Virus record (IMG/VR): IMGVR_UViG_3300020047_005740
Span: 777-64,776 of that record
DNA: 64,000 bases
Strand: one strand, 5' to 3'
Origin: a virus
Taxonomy: Duplodnaviria > Caudoviricetes
Position numbers and translations under genes: made by a program. The notes beneath the pieces were generated by a model. That model searched no databases, was not told where the DNA came from, and was given only the letters and a program-made list of their open reading frames with translations. Within the stretch, counting starts at the first letter, position 1. Every line of letters begins with the position of its first letter. Shown piece after piece: positions 53,568-62,683 of this stretch.

Positions 53568-54307
53568 AAAAACTCCTCCTCGCCTTACTGCTTTCCGCTT
53601 GCGGCTCCGACAATGCCACCGATGGTGGCAGAAAGGTAGTGTCGCTGGACTTACTCGGCATCATGCACGAGGATTTTCCGTGTCAAAAATATTTATTGGA
53701 GATGGAAGATGCAGACGAAATCAATATCGGATACCTCGCTGGGGGAACATTTGGCGAGTCCAGGGATTGTCTCGATAAAATCAGCAGAGACCCTCGCACA
53801 AGAGCTATCAGAATTCATGTATGCTCAGGCCCGTGCGTTTCAAATGATAGGTGTCACCCTACAGAGTGTCTCTATGACCTCGGCTGGAACGATAAGGATG
53901 ACATTCACAGAAGGTTATCGAGATTCGCAGAGAGAGAGTTTGGTAACTTGGACGCCTCACGAGCCTATCTAGTTTCACCGATCCTCGAACACCAACTCGA
54001 CCGAGCAACCTTCGACAGAGCAGCCGCAATGCTCACCCGACTCGCAGCAGAATACGGACTGCAAATTGAAATAATTGATAACCCACTTTACCCCCGCGAG
54101 TCTCCGTATTTGCTCGAAATTCATAACGAGTTCGACACTGTGCAGATGCCGTACCTGTACTCGACTGACGGCTATATGTTCGACCCGCGAGTGTTGCTAT
54201 CGCTGAATCAAGAGGCGCTTGTTGCTTTTGAATGGCGGCCAGAGATGAATGGCTTGTGTGTTGACGGATCTCCGTGGGTTAGTCCGTTGGAGAGGAGGTG
54301 CTGGTGA
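53564..54307 (+). CDS. Predicted lipoprotein with possible (beta/alpha)-barrel domain
   Basis: MKKLLLALLLSA|C lipobox. Confidence 0.7.
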   Translation: MKKLLLALLLSACGSDNATDGGRKVVSLDLLGIMHEDFPCQKYLLEMEDADEINIGYLAGGTFGESRDCLDKISRDPRTRAIRIHVCSGPCVSNDRCHPTECLYDLGWNDKDDIHRRLSRFAEREFGNLDASRAYLVSPILEHQLDRATFDRAAAMLTRLAAEYGLQIEIIDNPLYPRESPYLLEIHNEFDTVQMPYLYSTDGYMFDPRVLLSLNQEALVAFEWRPEMNGLCVDGSPWVSPLERRCW

Positions 54308-54558
54308 ATCCGTCGATAATCACAGAGATAGAATGGTTTAACATCGATACCGTAGTTCCGTGTCAGGAAGATAGTGTCTGGGTTTATGGTTTGTATATGC
54401 CTATGCAAATAAAGAAGTCTGCCACTCTTTGTGAGTATTGGGAGAAAAGGGGTCGCTGGATTTGGTATTGCGAAGAGACGGACGCTTGCTATCCGGCAAA
54501 ACAATTTCCGTGGTGGTGTGAATTGCCTAGTTTTAAGGAGCAGCAGAGAGATGAATAA
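54304..54558 (+). CDS. Hypothetical protein (Trp-rich)
   Basis: GTG start after GAGGAGG; ends KEQQRDE. Confidence 0.55.
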   Translation: MNPSIITEIEWFNIDTVVPCQEDSVWVYGLYMPMQIKKSATLCEYWEKRGRWIWYCEETDACYPAKQFPWWCELPSFKEQQRDE

Positions 54559-54570
54559 GAGGAGGTGCCG

Positions 54571-54840
54571 GTGATTGAGGTTCGTCTGGAAAAGACATGC
54601 AACGCTTGCCCCGAGCAATACGATGCGTTTATTGGAGATGAACGTGTTGGGTATCTACGATTGCGCCACGGGTACTTTTCTGTGAGCTGTCCCTATCATT
54701 TTGGCGAAGTTGTGTTTTCGTCTGAGTCTTGTGAGGGGGACGGCGAGTTTTCAGAGCATGAACGGGAGGGTTTCCTGTCTCTCGCCAAAGAGGCAATTGC
54801 TAAATGGTATATAGAAAAGGAGCAGCCGAGAGATGAATAA
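54571..54840 (+). CDS. Hypothetical protein
   Basis: TCNACPEQYDA...GYLRLRHG; ends KEQPRDE. Confidence 0.6.
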   Translation: MIEVRLEKTCNACPEQYDAFIGDERVGYLRLRHGYFSVSCPYHFGEVVFSSESCEGDGEFSEHEREGFLSLAKEAIAKWYIEKEQPRDE

Positions 54841-54852
54841 GAGGAGGTGCTG

Positions 54853-55098
54853 GTGAGAAATGAAGTTGTCGCATGGATCGCGGTGAACAATGGGACCAAG
54901 CAACCTATGCAGGGATTTATATTTTTCGATCATCGATACGGAATGGGGGTAGAGAGTGGTCGAGATGCGGCATACAGAGCATTGAGGGATTACCTTAATA
55001 CAGGAGCTACGGAACACAAGATTAAGGAGTGTTTCGGTTTGGTATTGGAACAGGTAACAGTGGTTTTTGATGACGAGGAGCAGCAGAGAGATGAGTGA
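54853..55098 (+). CDS. Hypothetical protein
   Basis: Ends EEQQRDE. Confidence 0.55.
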   Translation: MRNEVVAWIAVNNGTKQPMQGFIFFDHRYGMGVESGRDAAYRALRDYLNTGATEHKIKECFGLVLEQVTVVFDDEEQQRDE

Positions 55099-55321
55099 GG
55101 AGAGGAAGACGGAAGAGGTGGAGGGGTTTGTTTGCTGGAGTCCTGATCATGGATTCATCCCCGTAAACGATGAAGGCGATATCGCAATAGTTACTGATGC
55201 TGAGCGATGCGAAGAGTCTTTCATGGCACACCCAAATAGCTCGCGGGGCAAGACGCAACGAAGACACGGCTGGCGCATCCGCCCCTGCAAAATAGTTTTT
55301 ACGGATGAGGGTGAGAGATGA
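55091..55321 (+). CDS. Hypothetical protein
   Basis: Coupled ORF. Confidence 0.55.
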   Translation: MSEERKTEEVEGFVCWSPDHGFIPVNDEGDIAIVTDAERCEESFMAHPNSSRGKTQRRHGWRIRPCKIVFTDEGER

Positions 55322-55608
55322 GTGAAAAGAAACACGAAACATTGTCAGAGTCGTTTAATGTAGCGCTCAATCAGCCGCCTTATCGTGAACTCCCCTGGCG
55401 CAGCCCGGAAGAGAGGCCGGAGAACATGAGCATTGTAATTTGTCGTGGCAGTAAGGACGCGCATTTTCCCGTCCTGCATGCCTTATGTGTGCACGACGTA
55501 GACGGGGATTGGTGGGCAAGGACAGACAAATATGTTTTTCATCCCCTAGAGCTATCCGCATGGATGTACTCCGACGAACTCCCATTACCTGATTGGGTGC
55601 AGAGATGA
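55318..55608 (+). CDS. DUF551-like small phage protein
   Basis: WRSPEERP...W...AWM...LP pattern. Confidence 0.5.
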   Translation: MSEKKHETLSESFNVALNQPPYRELPWRSPEERPENMSIVICRGSKDAHFPVLHALCVHDVDGDWWARTDKYVFHPLELSAWMYSDELPLPDWVQR

Positions 55609-55787
55609 TTAACACATCAGCGTTTGAAAGTTTGGAAAGGTATCAGCGATTAGAGGCCGCGATGCTTAAGGTCAAAGATCCTCTACATCCTTACCACTGG
55701 ATACACGAGTTTTTGGTCCAGGCTGTGTTACGAGAGGTTAATTATATGAGGTGTAATAAAGAAGAGTGGTTGGATAGATTGAGGTGA
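55605..55787 (+). CDS. Hypothetical protein
   Basis: Coupled ORF. Confidence 0.5.
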   Translation: MINTSAFESLERYQRLEAAMLKVKDPLHPYHWIHEFLVQAVLREVNYMRCNKEEWLDRLR

Positions 55788-55791
55788 AGAG

Positions 55792-56358
55792 ATGAGTAAA
55801 GACTGTATACGTCATCATGGTCAACACATTGAATCATATCTGTACGGGTGTCCGACCTGTGGTGCTCCGGTATGCTGTAAGAAATGCTGCGAAGAAGTAA
55901 ATGCTCATTGGAATGTATCAGAGCTTAAGAAACAAGTAGATTGCGGGGCGGTAGTTGGCGAAACGTGGACAGGCACAGACGAGCAGATAGATAGGAATAT
56001 TCGTGCTAATTCTGGTGTTGATTGGAAAGACTCGAACACAGTAAGCGAGGAAGAGAACATGATCTACTTACCACCATTAGACATATCAGCCCCAGTACCT
56101 GAAGGGATGAAGGAAGCAGTGAGATTCTTTGAGGCACCGGACCTAAAAGAGAAACGTATTGAGATGATATTATCGGACGCCTTTGGTGCGCCGTTTGACG
56201 ACACTGACCAACGAATGGCCGATGCTAAGTGGGGAGCATTAGCATGTATTCGTATAGACCGAGAGAGAATCTGGAATAACCTATATGCACAGCCGTACAA
56301 TGATACTCCTGTAGGTGCTGAACGTGCTCGTAAGGTTATTTTCGAGGAGGAAGAATGA
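55792..56358 (+). CDS. Hypothetical protein with N-terminal Cys cluster
   Basis: CPTCGAPVCCKKCC. Confidence 0.55.
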   Translation: MSKDCIRHHGQHIESYLYGCPTCGAPVCCKKCCEEVNAHWNVSELKKQVDCGAVVGETWTGTDEQIDRNIRANSGVDWKDSNTVSEEENMIYLPPLDISAPVPEGMKEAVRFFEAPDLKEKRIEMILSDAFGAPFDDTDQRMADAKWGALACIRIDRERIWNNLYAQPYNDTPVGAERARKVIFEEEE

Positions 56359-56579
56359 CCCAACAGTATGACCCAAGAAAAGCAAAACCATTCTATATAA
56401 TTATTAACCGCGATGACGAGATAGTGGGTGTTGCCAATACAAAAGAACAGGCAATGATTATGGCTACAAAGTTTATTTCTGACTATCTAGCTCCAGACGA
56501 TTATGAGGAAATGTTATGGAGAGAATGGGAGAAGCTGGAAGCACATGGTTGGAAGATAGAGAAGAGAGAGGTGGTATGA
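56355..56579 (+). CDS. Hypothetical protein
   Basis: Coupled ORF. Confidence 0.55.
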   Translation: MTQQYDPRKAKPFYIIINRDDEIVGVANTKEQAMIMATKFISDYLAPDDYEEMLWREWEKLEAHGWKIEKREVV

Positions 56580-56776
56580 CACAGCGAGATGACGAGTTAG
56601 GACGCTTAGTAGAAAAGTCAGAGGAATCAGACCTGATTAATAATATACTGTTAAAATTACAACAGTGTAGGGACCAGACTACTAGAGAAGCTAGGCTGTC
56701 TCAACATGAGTGTTTCTATCTTCTCAAATACATAAATGAACTTACTGTTTATATGCTCAAGGAGGTGGGGTTTTAA
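56576..56776 (+). CDS. Hypothetical protein
   Basis: Coupled ORF. Confidence 0.5.
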   Translation: MTQRDDELGRLVEKSEESDLINNILLKLQQCRDQTTREARLSQHECFYLLKYINELTVYMLKEVGF

Positions 56777-57945
56777 TGACACACGCAAAGTACGGCTCAC
56801 CCTCATCACTCTACAGGTCTGCAGCATGTCCAGGTTGGGTAGAGTACACGAAAGACCTGCCTGACGGAGCACCGTCAATACACGCAGAAGAAGGAACCGC
56901 TTTCCATGAAGTGATGGAGATCATGTTTCAGCAGCGTGTCTCAAACTGGATTGATGATAGTAATACGTGTGTGGATATATACAGAAGCTATCCTGAGATG
57001 CGTAATACGGTAAACGATACGCTATTTGAGGTGGTGAATAGATGGGATAAGTTCCGCTCGATGCACTACAATGCGCGTTACCATGTAGAGCTTCGCGTAC
57101 ATCTTACCCAAGACATCTTTGGCACTGCAGACCTTGTATTCGTAGGCGAGGATAAGAAGACAGGTCAAACAAATATCGTTGTAATAGATTATAAGCATGG
57201 GCTTGGCGTACATGTGCAGGCACAGAACAACCTGCAGGGTCTTGCCTACCTACTCGGTGCGATAGAGACACTGCAGCTTAAGAACATAGGACGTACGATA
57301 TTCATCATCGCACAGGTACGCCTTGAAGACGGGTGGAGTCTCGCTGAATACGACAAGGAAGAGCTTGACAATTACAGAGAGAAGATACTATCTATAGTGG
57401 ACAAGGTGAAGGCTGTTTGTAATGGGGAGATTCCCCTTGAAAACAATCTTCACCCTGGGAGTCATTGCAGATGGTGTAAGGCAGACGGACTATGTGTGGC
57501 TCAGAAGAGAGAAACCTTTGACATGGTAGAAAGTACAGCTATGGAACTTCCAATTGAAGCACGAATTAAACATCTGACGCTCGACCAGCAGGTAGCTATA
57601 TTCCTGCGTAAGACACAGATTGAGGACTTCCTAAACGCAGTCGCTATGAATGTACAGCGCACCTTAGAGAGTGGTGTCACTCATCCAGATGTAAAGATTG
57701 TAGAGACGAACGGCAGGCGTGGGTGGAAGGACAGCGTTACACCAGAAGACCTGAAAGAGCTTGGTGTATCGGACCCAACCACAGTAAAGATATCCCTTAA
57801 GGGAATCGGCGAGGTGGAGAAGGCTGTCGGTAAAGGGAAGATTGACCATCTTGTAGTTGTAGGTGGGAAGAAGCGAGAAGTAGTACATGTGAGTGATAAG
57901 CGGTCAGCCGTGATAGGGCTCGCTCCAGCAGAATTACCAGAGTAG
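56776..57945 (+). CDS. Cas4-like PD-(D/E)XK exonuclease (DUF2800-like)
   Basis: HAKYGSPS...CPG, AEEGTAFH, FGTAD, VIDYKHG, NLQ..AY, GSHCRWCK. Confidence 0.85.
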   Translation: MTHAKYGSPSSLYRSAACPGWVEYTKDLPDGAPSIHAEEGTAFHEVMEIMFQQRVSNWIDDSNTCVDIYRSYPEMRNTVNDTLFEVVNRWDKFRSMHYNARYHVELRVHLTQDIFGTADLVFVGEDKKTGQTNIVVIDYKHGLGVHVQAQNNLQGLAYLLGAIETLQLKNIGRTIFIIAQVRLEDGWSLAEYDKEELDNYREKILSIVDKVKAVCNGEIPLENNLHPGSHCRWCKADGLCVAQKRETFDMVESTAMELPIEARIKHLTLDQQVAIFLRKTQIEDFLNAVAMNVQRTLESGVTHPDVKIVETNGRRGWKDSVTPEDLKELGVSDPTTVKISLKGIGEVEKAVGKGKIDHLVVVGGKKREVVHVSDKRSAVIGLAPAELPE

Positions 57946-58010
57946 GTAAGAGAATCTACCCAGTAAGCCCAGTTGGGTAGGTATATTAAACGGGCGTATT
58001 AGGAAAGCAT

Positions 58011-58622
58011 ATGGCAGCAGCGAAAGACAAACCACGTAAGCAGTTATGGACTCCAGCAGGACGGATTAGTTTCCCGTTCATTGCAATGCCTGACACTGGA
58101 CGTGAATACAGCGACAATAAATATAAGACCGACCTTCTTATCAGGAAGGAAGCGTTTAAGGAGCACGGTAAGGCATTGACCGATGCAGTCATTGAGGTAG
58201 GTAAGGCTTACTTCGGTGACAAGTTTACGCTTAAGGGGAAGTGGAAGACTCCCTTTAAAGATACGGATACTGATGACAAGGTTGTTAACGAGGCGATGAA
58301 GAACTGCATCCTCGTTAGAGCGAAGGCTTCTAAGCAACCTCTCATCATCGGACCACGTAAGAATAGCGACGGAAAGTTTCCAGAACTCTCACCTGAAGAG
58401 GTTCAAGCTCTGAAGGGTGGAGACTGGTGTGTTCTCAATGTTACGGTATTCCCATACGACCAGTCTGGTGGCGGTATCGCTCTAGGGTTGAACGTAGTTC
58501 AATTCTGGAAGACAGACACGGGCTTCGGACAGGGACGTTCTAAGGTACTCGACAGCGCGGAAGAGCTGGATAGTCCCCTGGATACCCCAACGGCTCCTGT
58601 AGACAATGATTCAATTGTCTAG
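58011..58622 (+). CDS. Single-stranded DNA-binding protein (DUF2815-like)
   Basis: GRISFP...KY...LLI...GIALGLNVVQFWK, acidic tail; located between exonuclease and polymerase. Confidence 0.85.
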   Translation: MAAAKDKPRKQLWTPAGRISFPFIAMPDTGREYSDNKYKTDLLIRKEAFKEHGKALTDAVIEVGKAYFGDKFTLKGKWKTPFKDTDTDDKVVNEAMKNCILVRAKASKQPLIIGPRKNSDGKFPELSPEEVQALKGGDWCVLNVTVFPYDQSGGGIALGLNVVQFWKTDTGFGQGRSKVLDSAEELDSPLDTPTAPVDNDSIV

Positions 58623-58682
58623 CACCTCAACCTAACGGAGGGTATCCGTGACGGCGGGGAAAGACCCGCGCTAAAGACAGCA

Positions 58683-60557
58683 ATGAGAACATTCAAGAAC
58701 CGATTTCACGAGTGGGACTTTAAGACCATATACATCACCGATGATACGGAAGCAGCCGAGATAGTGGGTAAGCTCGCTGCAGATACGAAGACCCTGTATG
58801 GGCTGGACATCGAGACAGGTAAGATTGGAGAGTACGAGCAGTCAGGTCTCTGCCCTCATATAAGTAGGATTAGACTGGTGCAAGTCTATGCACCGCAGCA
58901 CAACATCAGCTACGTATTCGACGTATATAAAGTAAGATTAGAGGTTCTTGCACCAATGTGCAGAGCCTGTCGGTTCGTAGCCCATAACGGGATATTCGAG
59001 ATTAAGCACCTAACACACGCAGGCTACCCTGACATGAACATCGGATGCTCGATGCTCATATCACAGCTCATCGTTGGAGCAGAGCACTCACCCTATGAGA
59101 AGGACGAGGATGATGACGATGAGGATAAGACGGGTCTATCCCAGTACACTCGGTTCGGGCACAGCCTTGACTACGTAGTGCAGCGTCTGTTTGGAGTGAA
59201 GGTGGATAAGGCGTTCCAGACAAGTAACTGGGACGCAGAGGAGTTAGTAGTTGACCAGATAACCTACGCTGGACTGGATGCGATACTGACCTACAAGATA
59301 GCCACAGCCATGTCTCCAAAGATAGCTGAGTATAAGATGGTTAAAGTATACCAGCTCCTTAAGGACATGCAGCACGTAGTTGCTCACATGGAACTGGTGG
59401 GGTTGCCAGTCGATTGGGAGTACCATGCGAACCTTATCAAGGGGTGGGAGAGTAAGAGCAGGGAAGCGTTCGATAGATGTACCCCATTCTTTGGTAACGT
59501 TAACATGCGCTCTGGTAAGCAGATGAACGAGTGGCTCATCGGTTACCTTAAGGATAAGCCGGAGCTACTAGAGGAGTGGCCAAAGACTGACAAGGGAGCA
59601 TACACGTTTACAAAGACGGCAATCGCAGCGTACAAGGAATTGCCTGCCATAGGCGCACTACTTGAATACAAGAAGTATGCCAAGCTCATTGATACCTACG
59701 GTCAATCGCTCATCGAGAAGAAGCACCCTATCACAGGGAGACTTCACACATCATACACACTAGGGGAAACACGCACGGGAAGATTATCCAGCAGGAATCC
59801 CAATTGCCAGAATTACCCGAGGGATAAAGAGTTCAGGGATATGTTCATCGCGCAACCAGGTCACGTAATTGTAGTGAGTGACTTCAGCCAGATTGAACTG
59901 CGCCTGCAGTCTGAGTTTAGCAAAGACCCACAGATGCGTAAGGTGTACAAGGAGAAGCAGGATATTTATAAGACGATGGCTTCCGTCGTGTATGGTCTAC
60001 CGACTGATAAGATAGATAAGGCGAAACGATTCGTAGGTAAAACTATCATGCTCGCATTAGGTTACGGAATGGGGGCAAAAAAGCTTAACCATTACGCCGT
60101 TAATGCAGGAGTTCATCAGCAGCAGGAATTCTGGGACGCTGCATGGAAGACCTATCACAATACGTTCACCACCTATTCACAGTGGTGTGACTCCGTACGA
60201 AGACGTGCAAAGGGACTAGGCTACATAGACACCCTGCTTGGTAAGCGAAGGAAACTCAGTCAGGATGAGATGTATACCCGTGCTCCAAACACAGTTATCC
60301 AAGGCTCTGCCGCAGAGTTGATGATGACTGCGATGCTACTTTGCTACGCAAAGGTGCGGTCGTATGGTCAGCTTGTTGCAACGGTCCACGATGAAATTCT
60401 CCTGCATGTACCAGAAGATAGAGCAGAGGAAGCAACTGAACACTTGGCATCAGCAATGAATGATGCTATGAAACAGATGTTCCCCAACGCAGCGAGTCAC
60501 GAGGTGGCAGACGCTGCAGCAGGTAAGCGGTGGGGAGAAGTAAAGGCTGAATTATGA
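58683..60557 (+). CDS. polA: DNA polymerase family A with 3'-5' exonuclease
   Basis: GLDIET, AHNGIFE, YAGLDA; motif A SDFSQIELR, motif B KTIMLALGYG, motif C TVHDEI. Confidence 0.95.
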   Translation: MRTFKNRFHEWDFKTIYITDDTEAAEIVGKLAADTKTLYGLDIETGKIGEYEQSGLCPHISRIRLVQVYAPQHNISYVFDVYKVRLEVLAPMCRACRFVAHNGIFEIKHLTHAGYPDMNIGCSMLISQLIVGAEHSPYEKDEDDDDEDKTGLSQYTRFGHSLDYVVQRLFGVKVDKAFQTSNWDAEELVVDQITYAGLDAILTYKIATAMSPKIAEYKMVKVYQLLKDMQHVVAHMELVGLPVDWEYHANLIKGWESKSREAFDRCTPFFGNVNMRSGKQMNEWLIGYLKDKPELLEEWPKTDKGAYTFTKTAIAAYKELPAIGALLEYKKYAKLIDTYGQSLIEKKHPITGRLHTSYTLGETRTGRLSSRNPNCQNYPRDKEFRDMFIAQPGHVIVVSDFSQIELRLQSEFSKDPQMRKVYKEKQDIYKTMASVVYGLPTDKIDKAKRFVGKTIMLALGYGMGAKKLNHYAVNAGVHQQQEFWDAAWKTYHNTFTTYSQWCDSVRRRAKGLGYIDTLLGKRRKLSQDEMYTRAPNTVIQGSAAELMMTAMLLCYAKVRSYGQLVATVHDEILLHVPEDRAEEATEHLASAMNDAMKQMFPNAASHEVADAAAGKRWGEVKAEL

Positions 60558-60787
60558 CGAACCCAACACTACCAGAGCTTATTGACCAAGCAAAAGAATT
60601 GTTTGGAAAGATTCCAGAGGACCAGCAGGAGGCAAAGGAGTGTGTACACCTACTGATAACAGTGGTGAACACCTACGCTCAGATGCATGTCGACATGCAG
60701 AAAGAGTTCGTAAAGATGAAGAACATCATCGATACGCAGAACGAGACGCTGAAGAAGAAGTTTAAGAAGGGACGTATAATCGTATGA
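60554..60787 (+). CDS. Hypothetical coiled-coil protein
   Basis: Coupled ORF. Confidence 0.55.
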   Translation: MTNPTLPELIDQAKELFGKIPEDQQEAKECVHLLITVVNTYAQMHVDMQKEFVKMKNIIDTQNETLKKKFKKGRIIV

Positions 60788-61161
60788 CACTAAAGGGAAT
60801 GTATAATACTGAGTATGAGAGAGCAGAGGGACGTGCGCTATACGTACTCGCTAAGAAAGAGTACGGGTCTATTAATATGATGGCATCAGCCTTTCATGTT
60901 TCTCGTCAGTTAATCCAGCAATTTATCACGAAGAAGGTTCCTGTAACGTATGCGAGTTACTTAGGCCGAAGACATAATTTCTCGCCTGGTATACTAGCCT
61001 ATAGGGATTATGTATTGGGAACACTGGACACTGTGGATTACAAGAAATTGTTCAGTGAACAGAACTACTACGACAGAAATGATATAGAGTACATTCTCGA
61101 AGGGGAGTATGTTGTATCTGCATCTCAATATCTAAAAGCGTGTGACAAAGAGCTGCTATGA
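60784..61161 (+). CDS. Hypothetical protein, possible Cro-like HTH
   Basis: YGSINMMASAFHVSRQLIQQF. Confidence 0.5.
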   Translation: MTLKGMYNTEYERAEGRALYVLAKKEYGSINMMASAFHVSRQLIQQFITKKVPVTYASYLGRRHNFSPGILAYRDYVLGTLDTVDYKKLFSEQNYYDRNDIEYILEGEYVVSASQYLKACDKELL

Positions 61162-62024
61162 AACGCCTGTTAGCCCTTGCTGTTATTATGACAGGATGTA
61201 CGACGGGTACATGGCAGTTACAGGAGAACAATGACTTCTTCAAACCCATCGGAAACAACGACGAGAAGTACACACAGGGGCTCAGGCTGTCCAACATCCG
61301 AGAGGATGATACAGGGTCACACGTATATTACTTTGGACAATCAATATATACCCCCAGCGATAAGCAGACCGAAGACTATCTACCTAACCAGCGACCGTAC
61401 TCAGGTTACCTATACGCGGGTTACGATGCTCGATATGTGCGAAGTCCGAATGTACAGGACACGCTAGGGGTAAACGTTGGAATGGTCGGTCCTGCTTCTC
61501 TCGCAGGGCAAGCACAGAACACCGTACACAGACTCATCGGACAGAAGACTGCTAAGGGATGGGACAACCAGATTCACAATGAGCCTGGTGTAATCCTTAA
61601 GGCAGAGAGGAAGTACTACGAACCAATCACATCGTGGATGGATTCAACAACAAGTATCGGAGGAGATATAGGAAATGTTTTCACACAAGCATACACCACT
61701 TTCGGCATACGCCTGGGCCATAATCTTGCACCTTTCTTTGATTCTGCTTCTCCTGTTTTTCCTCGTATACGGAAGCAGGGAACATCGGTGTACTTATTCT
61801 GTGAGGGAGTTGAGCGAGCCGTTGGGAGAAACATCTTTCTTGATGGAAACACCTTTAGAAAGTCTGCCTCTATAGATAAGAAGACGTTCGTACTTGAAGG
61901 AAGACTTGGCATCGCGGTCGAGTTTGATGGGTATGCTGTACGGTACACATACATCGCACAGTCGGAAGAATTTAAAGGCGAGGGTGCCGGAGCTGATTTT
62001 GGGGAGGTGAGTATATCATGGTGA
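61158..62024 (+). CDS. lpxR: LpxR-family lipid A 3-O-deacylase (DUF2219-like outer-membrane beta-barrel)
   Basis: ENNDFF, DEKYTQG, GQSIYTP, RPYSGYLY, GMVGPASLAG.AQNTVH, GWDNQI.NEPG, GRNIFLDGN; C-terminal aromatic (ISW); N-terminal signal. Confidence 0.85.
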   Translation: MKRLLALAVIMTGCTTGTWQLQENNDFFKPIGNNDEKYTQGLRLSNIREDDTGSHVYYFGQSIYTPSDKQTEDYLPNQRPYSGYLYAGYDARYVRSPNVQDTLGVNVGMVGPASLAGQAQNTVHRLIGQKTAKGWDNQIHNEPGVILKAERKYYEPITSWMDSTTSIGGDIGNVFTQAYTTFGIRLGHNLAPFFDSASPVFPRIRKQGTSVYLFCEGVERAVGRNIFLDGNTFRKSASIDKKTFVLEGRLGIAVEFDGYAVRYTYIAQSEEFKGEGAGADFGEVSISW

Positions 62025-62683
62025 AGCATTCTTATGGTCTAGGTAGAAGAATCCAGTTCGATGATCGAAGCTGGGATTATCCAATCAGAGCACTGATTGG
62101 TAAAGTAAAACCTCGTTCATACACTTGGACATGCGACAGTTGGCTTAATCAAGGGCAAGAGGGCGCTTGCGTAGGCTTTGCCTTAGCACATGAACTTATT
62201 GCAAAACCGAAAGTGTTTACCAAGATACAAGAAATAGATGCACTTAGTATTTATAAGAAGGCACAAGATTTGGACCCCTGGAGTGGAAACAACTACTCCG
62301 GCACTAGTCTCCTCGCGGGGATTCAGGCACTACAAACCCTATATCCGTCAGCACTTAAAGAGTACCGATGGGCATTTGGTTTACAGGATATGACGGATAC
62401 CATCGGTAATTATGGGCCTGTGGTAATCGCGGTCAACTGGTATGAGGGATTCTATACACCGGATGACCAAGGATACATACACCGTACAGGCAAACGAGTA
62501 GGTGGTCATGCTATTCTGGCAAATGGTATAAACATTAAAAAGAAACACATCCGTTTACATAACAGCTGGGGACGCTCGTGGGGCATTAATGGGGAATGCT
62601 TCATCTCTTTCGACGATATGGAAAGGCTTCTCAATGAGAAGGGTGAGGTATGTGTGCCTGTTAAGAGGGGGCGCGAATGGTAG
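62018..62683 (+). CDS. Papain-like cysteine peptidase (C1A)
   Basis: NQGQEGACVGFA (Q, C), GGHAI (H), HNSWGRSWG (N). Confidence 0.9.
   Translation: MVKHSYGLGRRIQFDDRSWDYPIRALIGKVKPRSYTWTCDSWLNQGQEGACVGFALAHELIAKPKVFTKIQEIDALSIYKKAQDLDPWSGNNYSGTSLLAGIQALQTLYPSALKEYRWAFGLQDMTDTIGNYGPVVIAVNWYEGFYTPDDQGYIHRTGKRVGGHAILANGINIKKKHIRLHNSWGRSWGINGECFISFDDMERLLNEKGEVCVPVKRGREW

Noticed and set aside
56776-57945. Cas4 as evidence of a CRISPR-Cas system
   Set aside because: Stand-alone DUF2800-like exonuclease in the usual exonuclease-SSB-PolA replication context; no array or other cas genes.
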